DNA of 64,000 nt from Acidimicrobiia bacterium (lineage in GTDB: Bacteria > Actinomycetota > Acidimicrobiia > Spongiisociales > Spongiisociaceae): assembly GCA_963663955.1 (NCBI GenBank), contig OY760694.1, forward strand, positions 1,412,882 to 1,476,881, read 5' to 3'. The translations under genes and the position numbers were made by a program. A model generated the notes under the pieces. That model made no database searches, was not told the origin of the DNA, and saw only the letters and a program-made list of their open reading frames with translations. Shown piece after piece: positions 57,106 to 64,000 of this stretch. Position 1 is the stretch's first letter; every line of letters begins with the position of its first letter.

Positions 57106-58886
57106 CGATGGCTGAGACGCACGAAGAGCTCACCCCGTTCGGGCTTTCCGACCTGCTGGACCGAATCCACCATGAGTGGCAGTCCCGCCGACGCATTTTC
57201 GACCTTCCGATAGCCCGCTTTTTCAACACGTCCGAAGGACCGGACCTTTCCATCGACTTTGTGGGTAGGAAGGCCGCTACCCCGGTAGGTCCTGCCGCCG
57301 GACCGCACAGCCAGATGGCTCAGAACATCGTCCTTTCCTGGTTGGGCGGGGGTCGTCTGATGGAGCTTAAGACGGTGCAGATCATGGACGAACTCGAGAT
57401 CGGTCGGCCTTGCATCGACATGGAGACCATCGGCTACAACATCGAGTGGAGCCAGGAGCTGAAAATCCCGCAATCACTCGAGGAATACGTCAAAGCTTGG
57501 ATGATTCTTGAAATCCTGCAGGAATGGGGTGAGTTGGCGCCCTATGTAGGCGCCGACCCCGGTCCTTACATCTTCGACCTCTCGGTCGGTTACGACCTCG
57601 CCGGTATCTCAACGCCTCAGGTTTCGTGGTTCATCGACTCGATGATGGATGCCGGCGAGGAAATAGAACGTCTAAGACCGGAGATCGACGGACCGTTCGC
57701 TCCATACCGCGATCTTGACTTCCCTTCCCGAATCGCCGATACCGTAACCCTCTCCACCTTCCACGGGTGTCCTCCCGACGAGATCGAATCGATCACCAAA
57801 CACCTGATGACCCGCCACGGGCTCGACGTGATCGTGAAGCTCAACCCCACCCTGCTCGGCTTCGATCGGGTGACGGACATACTTCACGGTACCCTGGGTT
57901 ATGAGGCGGTTATCCGTGAAGCCGACTTCGACAACGATCTCCAGTTCCCCAGGGCGTTGGAGTTGATCGGCGAGTTGCTGCGGTTTGCCGACCACCATGG
58001 GCGCCGCTTCGGGATCAAACTAACCAATACCCTGGTGGTGGAGAACACCAAGGGCTTCATGCCGGATGACACCATGTATCTGTCGGGTCCGCCGCTACAC
58101 GTCATCTCCACCACGTTGCTGGGTGAGTTGCACAAGGCCCTTCCGGGGCTCCTGAAGGTGGACGGTCAAGCCGGACCGGTGCAGGTCTCCTTCTCGGCGG
58201 GGATCACCAAGGAGAACCTTCCGGATGCGGCTGCCCTCGGCCTCGCCCCTCTCACGGTTTGCTCCGATCTGCTGAAGCCGGGGGGTTACGGTCGAATCAA
58301 ACCAATGCTGACGGCGCTGCAAAACGAGATGGTGAGCGCCGGCGTCGGTTCACTGGCCGACTGGCAACAGCACCGGGCGAGGCGAACCAACGGGTTAGGG
58401 CCGGTGGCCGCCTACGTGGCCCGTCTCAACGATCCGGCTACTAACCGCCGGTACACCTTGGAGGGCAACTCGAAGCTTCCCAGGGCGGTCGATCACGAGC
58501 TGCAAATGTGGGGTTGTGTGGCGTGCAACTTCTGCGTGACAGTATGTCCCAACGATGCCTTCTTCCGGATACCCACCCCGCCGGAACTCGACGCGGTAGG
58601 CCGACAGCAGTACCTAGTGCTGGCGGAACTCTGCAACGACTGCGGCAACTGCATGGTTTTCTGTCCGGAGATCGGCGACCCCGCGGTGATCAAACCCCGC
58701 CTCTACATGACCGAGCACCGCTTCCGTGAGGAGACCGAGCAGGCGTTCCTAGTCCACCAAGACCCGGACGGATACTGGGTACAGCCCAACTCAGCAGGCG
58801 CTGAATGGACCGGCGATCTGCTGCTGCTGCTCAACGACGCCGAAGGCTTCGTGCTTCCTCCATCCGACAAACCGGTGAGGAAGTAG
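57102..58886 (+). CDS. YgfK-like flavo-iron-sulfur oxidoreductase (short form)
   Basis: GPAAGPHSQMAQNIV, ELKTVQ, YNIEWSQEL, LSTFHGCPPDEIE, VKLNPTLLG, KLTNTL, MYLSG, DLLKPGGY; C-terminal CVACNFCVTVCPN and CNDCGNCMVFCP. Confidence 0.8.
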   Translation: MTMAETHEELTPFGLSDLLDRIHHEWQSRRRIFDLPIARFFNTSEGPDLSIDFVGRKAATPVGPAAGPHSQMAQNIVLSWLGGGRLMELKTVQIMDELEIGRPCIDMETIGYNIEWSQELKIPQSLEEYVKAWMILEILQEWGELAPYVGADPGPYIFDLSVGYDLAGISTPQVSWFIDSMMDAGEEIERLRPEIDGPFAPYRDLDFPSRIADTVTLSTFHGCPPDEIESITKHLMTRHGLDVIVKLNPTLLGFDRVTDILHGTLGYEAVIREADFDNDLQFPRALELIGELLRFADHHGRRFGIKLTNTLVVENTKGFMPDDTMYLSGPPLHVISTTLLGELHKALPGLLKVDGQAGPVQVSFSAGITKENLPDAAALGLAPLTVCSDLLKPGGYGRIKPMLTALQNEMVSAGVGSLADWQQHRARRTNGLGPVAAYVARLNDPATNRRYTLEGNSKLPRAVDHELQMWGCVACNFCVTVCPNDAFFRIPTPPELDAVGRQQYLVLAELCNDCGNCMVFCPEIGDPAVIKPRLYMTEHRFREETEQAFLVHQDPDGYWVQPNSAGAEWTGDLLLLLNDAEGFVLPPSDKPVRK

Positions 58887-58919
58887 TTTCGAGGACCGAG
58901 CCGATTAGGGAGGTGCTGA

Positions 58920-59372
58920 ATGGCCCACACGATGGATGACGTACGACGTTTCGTATCCGCCGATCAGGGACTGGCGGTAGTGTCGTTCGGTCGTGGCGAC
59001 CGCTCCGTGCACTCCTCGGTGGTGAACGCCGGAGTAACGGCGCACCCGGTGACCGGAGAAGAGGTGGTAGCTCTGGTTGTGCGGGGCGCCACCGTCAAGC
59101 TACGCCACTGGCGTCACACCCCGCGAGCGACCATCGTGTTCCGCTCGGGCTGGTTCTGGGTCGGAGTTGAAGGATCGACCACCATCATCGGCCCCGATGA
59201 CGCTTACGAGGGCTTCGACCCGGCCGGGATTCCCGAGTTGTTGCGAGACGTTTTCACAGCCGCCGGCGGCGTACACGAAGATTGGGACGAGTACGACCGA
59301 GTGATGGCAGCCGAACGGCGAACGGCGGTGTTCATTCACCCGATTCGCATCACCGGGGTCGGACATCCCTAA
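58920..59372 (+). CDS. PPOX-class (pyridoxamine 5'-phosphate oxidase-like, probable F420-dependent) protein
   Basis: SVVNAG, VKLRHWR..PRAT, WVGVEG, LLRDVF.AAGG.HEDWDEYDRVM..ERR. Confidence 0.82.
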   Translation: MAHTMDDVRRFVSADQGLAVVSFGRGDRSVHSSVVNAGVTAHPVTGEEVVALVVRGATVKLRHWRHTPRATIVFRSGWFWVGVEGSTTIIGPDDAYEGFDPAGIPELLRDVFTAAGGVHEDWDEYDRVMAAERRTAVFIHPIRITGVGHP

Positions 59373-59414
59373 CCCGGAGCTTCAACATAGTTCCATCTGA
59401 AGGTTGGGATCGGA

Positions 59415-60110
59415 TCAGACCACCCGAGTGATCGTTCTTCCGTTAAGTGGCTGTATCTCCCGATTGTTGGGCCCTCGGGTGGCGGAGTTCATAACCTTTA
59501 CCTGGTCACGGGAAACCGTACCCTGCTGCGCCATGACAAACCACCGGACGGGTTCTAGGCAGGGCGGCGTGGTTGTGGAGCCTACGTAGTAATAGTATCC
59601 GGCGCCGTTCATCCGTAGAACACGACTGTTTAGCGATGTGTGGGCGCTATCGGGAACTTCTTCGGAGTCGGCACATGTCAGGATGCTACCGATCACGCTA
59701 TTAGGTTCTCCTAGTTCTAACAATCGTGCGACTACTGCAAGGTCACCCTGGTCGTTCTCATGTAGCAGATGTATCTCCGCGGAGAACTGCCGACCGTCGA
59801 TCAAGTGTTCTGAAGGGGAATGGTAGTGTGCTTGTACCAGCTGGAACGTGTCGCTACCGACGACCATAGAACTTCCCGGCTCGTACCAAACGGTTATCGT
59901 TCTTCCATTGTTGTGCACCTCTATCGGTTTGCCGTCGTACAAGCACCGGATACCTTCTCCGGAGATGGTCTCATAGCCGGTGATATCGATGGGAGACTGA
60001 CGAAGACCGGTTTCGCACAAGGTGAAGGAATCGGATAGCGACGACCAATGCCGAGGTCCTGTCGTTCCTTTATATGACCAACCCACACTCCCGGAATTGC
60101 CGCTTGTCAA
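59415..60110 (-). CDS. Alpha-class carbonic anhydrase
   Basis: WSY.G..GP.HW, G.RQSPIDI, QAHYHSPSEH, EIHLLH, YVGSTTTPPCLEPVRW, NNREIQPLNGR. Confidence 0.92.
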   Translation of the reverse strand: MTSGNSGSVGWSYKGTTGPRHWSSLSDSFTLCETGLRQSPIDITGYETISGEGIRCLYDGKPIEVHNNGRTITVWYEPGSSMVVGSDTFQLVQAHYHSPSEHLIDGRQFSAEIHLLHENDQGDLAVVARLLELGEPNSVIGSILTCADSEEVPDSAHTSLNSRVLRMNGAGYYYYVGSTTTPPCLEPVRWFVMAQQGTVSRDQVKVMNSATRGPNNREIQPLNGRTITRVV

Positions 60111-60220
60111 CCAACCCCTCCTAGGACGTCTCGGGCTTCCACAGGATCAATATCCGGAGCGGCGGATCGCCGGAATCGGAACCTTGCAAGACCGACTCCC
60201 CCTCAGTCCACCCCCGGAGA

Positions 60221-61087
60221 TCATCCTTGCAGGAGATGAGCGAACGAGGCCCGGACATCTTCGGTGACCGGTAACAACGGCGCCCGCGCCCGACCGGCGC
60301 GCAGACCAGCAATCTCCGCCGCCGCCTTGACGGCCGGTATCCCGTACCGAGCCACACGGTCGTTGGCTTTTGTCAACCTATGCTGTTTTTCCATGTTCCC
60401 GGTCACACCGGACAGACCGGCCTTCACGACTTCCAAACTGAGCTTCGGCACGTAGTTGGCGGCCGCCAGAATAGAGCCGTGTGCTCCTGCGGCAAGGGTC
60501 AGGGTCACCGCCGGGGCGACTCCGTTGTAGAGAGAGAAGCCGTCCGGAAGCCCGGCTAGGAGACGCTGAATACGGATGGCGTCTCCACCGGAATCTTTCA
60601 TACCGACCACATTCGGGTGTCGGGCGAGTTCCCACACCGTCTCCAGCGGGATGGAATATGCGGTCACCACCGGGACGGAGTAGAGAAACACGGGTAGGGG
60701 GGATCTATTCGCTATCTCCATGAAGAAGGAGGTTATGAAGTTGGTGCGATTGCGGGAAAGGGTGGTGGGAGTCAGCACCAGAACTGCGTCGGCGCTGCCA
60801 TCAGCCGCCTCTGCGATCTGGGATGCGGCCAACCGGCTGGACTCGGCGTTGATTCCACACAGCAGGAAGGCGGCGTCACCGGCGGCCGCTCTTGAAGCAG
60901 TTGCCAGCCTTCTGCGTTCCCCCGGTTCCAAAAGGGGACCTTCGCCGGTGGATCCGGCCAGTACGAAACCCTCATATCCCAGGTCGCCCAGGAACGTCAC
61001 GTTGTGCCGGTGGGCCGCAAGGTCGAGTTCCTGAGAATCGTCGAACGGGGTGATGATGGCGGGCATCGCCCTTGGTAATGGTTTCAT
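60221..61087 (-). CDS. Dihydrodipicolinate synthase family (class I aldolase/lyase) protein
   Basis: AIITPF, GSTGE, LYSVP, HPNVVGMKDSGG. Confidence 0.88.
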   Translation of the reverse strand: MKPLPRAMPAIITPFDDSQELDLAAHRHNVTFLGDLGYEGFVLAGSTGEGPLLEPGERRRLATASRAAAGDAAFLLCGINAESSRLAASQIAEAADGSADAVLVLTPTTLSRNRTNFITSFFMEIANRSPLPVFLYSVPVVTAYSIPLETVWELARHPNVVGMKDSGGDAIRIQRLLAGLPDGFSLYNGVAPAVTLTLAAGAHGSILAAANYVPKLSLEVVKAGLSGVTGNMEKQHRLTKANDRVARYGIPAVKAAAEIAGLRAGRARAPLLPVTEDVRASFAHLLQG

Positions 61088-61100
61088 AGGGTTCCGATCT

Positions 61101-61211
61101 TAGGAAGGTGCTTGAAAACGTGCGTGCAAAGGGTTTCGCGTTATGTACACACAGTAACTACCAGGTGGTTTGCCGGACTGCGAACCCCGCTAGATATTTT
61201 ATGACCTTCCT
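61101..61211. mobile_element. Palindromic MITE/REP-like element, copy 4
   Basis: TAGGAAGGTGCTTGAAAA...GGGTTTCGCG...CTACCAGGTGGTTTGCCGGACTGCGAACCCC...TTTTATGACCTTCCT. Confidence 0.7.
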
Positions 61212-61226
61212 GGTGTCCTGATTCCT

Positions 61227-61620
61227 TAGTTCGCCTGTCTTGCGGGAAGGCTCGTCTCGGGGATACGGATTTGATCCGACCGGTCTGTGTGTTCCGGAAG
61301 GGGCCGCCGGTTCACGGGGTGTCGGGTGTGGAAGTGTCCCATCCTGGATGCATAATGGTAGATAGCCATATGCACCGCCGGTTCGGGTTGTTCGGTACCG
61401 AACGAACCGGGGCAGGGATCATCACTCACGGACAGTTCGACTGTCTCCCCCAAGGTTGCGGGGTTCGGCGGAACGCGTTCAAGGGACCTCGGAGGTGGTG
61501 GCGGGGGCGGGCCCTGAGGAGGCAACCGTTCCGGCGTTTTTCGCGTTCTCGGATCCCCCAGCCTGCCGGTGCACTCGAAGGGCACCGCGATCATCGACGA
61601 AACCCCGACTCGGAACACTG
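61227..61620. repeat. ~395-bp dispersed intergenic repeat, copy 2 (may extend to about 61720)
   Basis: Colinear with 26153-26547 in the same orientation. Confidence 0.85.
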
Positions 61621-61766
61621 GCTCCGGTACGGCCGGCCAAGCCGCGACACGGACCATTCCAGAGGTTAGGTACCCGGTTTCCCGGTTAATGATCGGATGC
61701 GTTCGAGCAAGACGATGAGGCACGGTCTGACCCCGCGGCATTTGGGTTGCCTGGTATCATCAAGAG

Positions 61767-63500
61767 ATGTCCGCAGAATACGAGAACGCTAGCGTCCGTT
61801 TCGAACCGGACGAGAGTCCCTCCTATCCGGTCGCCATAGGAGCCGGTGTTCAGGCGGCCATGGTCATCGTGGCGCCGGTCGTCTTGACGGTGGTTGTTGT
61901 GATGCAGATCGCCGGCCAGACCGATAGATTCCTTACTTGGGCGGTCTTCGCGGCGCTATGCATAAGCGGGATCACCACGATTCTCCAGGTCCGCAGTGTG
62001 GGGCGGTTCGGGTCGGGATACCTACTGATGATGGGAACGTCGGGGGCCTTTATCGCGGTTTGCGTGGCGGCATTGCAAGCAGGTGGTCCAGCCACCATGG
62101 CAAGTTTGGTAGTGGTCTCCTCACTGTTCCAGTTCTTGATGGCGGCCCGCCTGTCGTGGCTGCGGCGATTGTTTACCCCGGTTGTCTCCGGTACCGTCGT
62201 CATGTTGATCGCGGCCACCGTGATGCCGCTCATATTCGATTCTCTGTCGTCCGCTCCTCCCGGAACATCCTCTATCGCCGCTCCCCTGGCTTCGGGGGTA
62301 ACCCTGATAACCATCGTCGGTCTTATACTGCGGGCCCCGGCCCGGTTGAGGCTGTGGTCGCCGGTCATCGGCGTCGTGGTGGGGTGTTTGGTAGCGGCGC
62401 CCTTCGGCCTTTACGACATGGGTGCGGTGACGGCGAGCCCGTGGATCGGAATCCCCTCCGGCGGCTGGCCCGGTTTGGACCTAACCCCCGGTGTCGAGTT
62501 CTGGGGACTGCTTCCCGCGTTCGTTATAGCCACCCTCGTGGGCGCCATCGAGACGTTAGGCGATGGGGTGGCCATCCAACGCGTGTCCCATCGCAACCCT
62601 AAGGCGACCGACTTCCGGGCTGTCCAAGGCGCACTCAATGCCGACGGAATGGGAAACCTTCTATCGGGATTGAGCGGCACGTTACCTAACACTACCTATT
62701 CATCAAGCATTTCCCTCGCCGAGGTGACCGGCATGGCTTCCCGGCGAGTGGGTGTCGCTTTGGGGATGACGTTCCTGGCGATCGCGTTCGTGCCCAAGAT
62801 GTCAGCCCTGTTAATCGCCATTCCCCCATCGATAGCAGCTGCTTACCTGACGGTTCTGGTCGGATTGCTGTTCGTTCAGGGTGCAAAGATCGTTGTGCGA
62901 GATGGATTGGACCATCGTAAGGCCACGGTGGTGGGTATCTCGTTTTGGGTAGGAACGGCTTTCCAGAACGGTTGGGTGTTTCCCGACCTCTTGGGAGACG
63001 GCATCGTCGGAACCTTGTTCGGCAACGGGATGACCTCCGGCGCTATTTTCGCCATCCTGATGATGACCTTCTTGGAGTTGACCGGAGCACGACGGCGCCG
63101 TCTGGAGACACAGTTAAGCACTCAGGCGTTGCCCGAACTCAACACGTTTCTAAGAAAACTCGCGACCAAGCACGGATGGGATGAGGCGTCATCAGAACGG
63201 CTGATCCTGGTGGGAGAAGAAACCCTGACCGGACTCATGTCCGAAGAGGTGGATGTATCTGTCGGCAAGCGGTATCTAAGGGTGTCGGCGCGTCCAGATG
63301 GCGGGGATATGGAGATCGAGTTTGTTTCCGCTCCGAGCCGAGAGAACCTGGAGGACCAGCTTTCCTATGTCGGGGACGCTCCTGACATACCGGAGGCTAG
63401 AGAGATATCGTTTCGACTCCTCCGCCACTTCGCTTCAAGGGTTCGGCATCAGAAATACCACGGGGTGGACGTGGTGACCGTTACCGTTCAGGGCCCGTAA
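61767..63500 (+). CDS. NCS2 (xanthine/uracil) permease with C-terminal degenerate HATPase-like domain
   Basis: SGITTILQ, MGTSGAF, FTPVVSGTVV, IETLGD, GALNADG, TLPNTTYSS, AIPP, NGMTSG, plus about 135 aa of soluble C-terminus. Confidence 0.85.
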   Translation: MSAEYENASVRFEPDESPSYPVAIGAGVQAAMVIVAPVVLTVVVVMQIAGQTDRFLTWAVFAALCISGITTILQVRSVGRFGSGYLLMMGTSGAFIAVCVAALQAGGPATMASLVVVSSLFQFLMAARLSWLRRLFTPVVSGTVVMLIAATVMPLIFDSLSSAPPGTSSIAAPLASGVTLITIVGLILRAPARLRLWSPVIGVVVGCLVAAPFGLYDMGAVTASPWIGIPSGGWPGLDLTPGVEFWGLLPAFVIATLVGAIETLGDGVAIQRVSHRNPKATDFRAVQGALNADGMGNLLSGLSGTLPNTTYSSSISLAEVTGMASRRVGVALGMTFLAIAFVPKMSALLIAIPPSIAAAYLTVLVGLLFVQGAKIVVRDGLDHRKATVVGISFWVGTAFQNGWVFPDLLGDGIVGTLFGNGMTSGAIFAILMMTFLELTGARRRRLETQLSTQALPELNTFLRKLATKHGWDEASSERLILVGEETLTGLMSEEVDVSVGKRYLRVSARPDGGDMEIEFVSAPSRENLEDQLSYVGDAPDIPEAREISFRLLRHFASRVRHQKYHGVDVVTVTVQGP

Positions 63501-63590
63501 CAGCTCATCTGACACAGTAGACACAAGACAAGGACTTCTTCCGGCGGTGGGGCCGGGCCTGCCCGGGGAGAGCTCGAAGGGACGCTACGT

Positions 63591-64000
63591 TCAGACGGCT
63601 GTATAGCCTCCGTCAACTACGTAAGCAGCCCCGGTGGTGAACGAGGATTCGTCACTTGCCAGGTGGAGGACCGCCCGGGCGATCTCCTCGGGGTGACCGA
63701 GCCGACCCATCAGATGCATGTTCTCCAACCTGGTTCGACGCTCCGCCGGGAGAGGCTCGAGTAGTGGGGTGTCGATGGCGCCGGGGCAAACCGCGTTCAC
63801 CCGGATACCGGCCGCGGCGTGATCGTAAGCCATGCAGCGCACCAGGCCGATAACACCGTGTTTGGAAGTGTTGTAGGCGACCTGGCCCATCTCGCCGGTC
63901 ATTCCCGCTACTGACGCAATGCAGACGATCGAGCCGCCTCCCGCCCTCTCCATGTGAGGGACGGCATGGCGGGAAGCCAGGAAGATCGACTTCAGGTTGA
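63591..64000 (-). CDS. Short-chain dehydrogenase/reductase, 5' end beyond window
   Basis: GGSIVCIAS, YNTSK (YxxxK), IRVNAVCPG, VDGG. Confidence 0.9.
   Translation of the reverse strand, partial: NLKSIFLASRHAVPHMERAGGGSIVCIASVAGMTGEMGQVAYNTSKHGVIGLVRCMAYDHAAAGIRVNAVCPGAIDTPLLEPLPAERRTRLENMHLMGRLGHPEEIARAVLHLASDESSFTTGAAYVVDGGYTAV

Noticed and set aside
61226-61741. 171-aa minus-strand ORF and the 113/132-aa plus-strand ORFs in the long repeat
   Set aside because: Reading frames are not conserved between the two repeat copies because of indels, and the composition is not protein-like.
1-64000. rRNA, tRNA, integrase, transposase or prophage genes
   Set aside because: No such signatures were seen; nearly all of the sequence is accounted for by the listed CDSs and repeats.

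Overview
High-GC bacterial DNA whose gene content (PPOX/F420-type protein, lipoprotein solute-binding proteins, actinobacterial-type hypothetical proteins) points to an actinobacterium, possibly Acidimicrobiia (inference). There are four blocks. (1) 1-4.1 kb: Fic protein (cut by the window edge and absent from the ORF track), AI-2E transporter and acyl-CoA synthetase. (2) 4.5-29.4 kb: a dense catabolic island of about 16 enzymes (amidohydrolases, enolase-superfamily enzymes, Gfo/Idh/MocA, DHDPS-like, creatininase, formamidase, DMFase-like, PTE-like) around a polyamine-type ABC transporter and an IclR regulator with a shared GTTGCG-N5-CGCAAC palindrome; a hicBA insertion interrupts it. (3) 29.6-45.3 kb: a class I DISARM anti-phage locus (drmD-drmMI-drmA-drmB-drmC). 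drmD and drmA carry single-base frameshifts, and drmMI has an AT-rich specificity segment. Between drmMI and drmA is nested cargo: a small membrane protein, a probable decayed TIR gene start, and an antisense two-gene operon whose first gene is a 303-bp-period triplication of a 58-aa antitoxin-like unit, each copy keeping its own RBS and ATG. This is the most novel-looking element. (4) 45.4-64 kb: a LacI-controlled Dpp/Opp ABC transporter, an xdh-ssnA-ygfK-like purine catabolism cluster, alpha carbonic anhydrase, and an NCS2 permease fused to a degenerate HATPase-like domain. Two intergenic repeat families (a ~110-bp palindromic MITE and a ~395-bp structured repeat) are scattered through the window. 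No rRNA, tRNA or CRISPR array was seen. All assignments come from motif reading by eye; no database searches were run.
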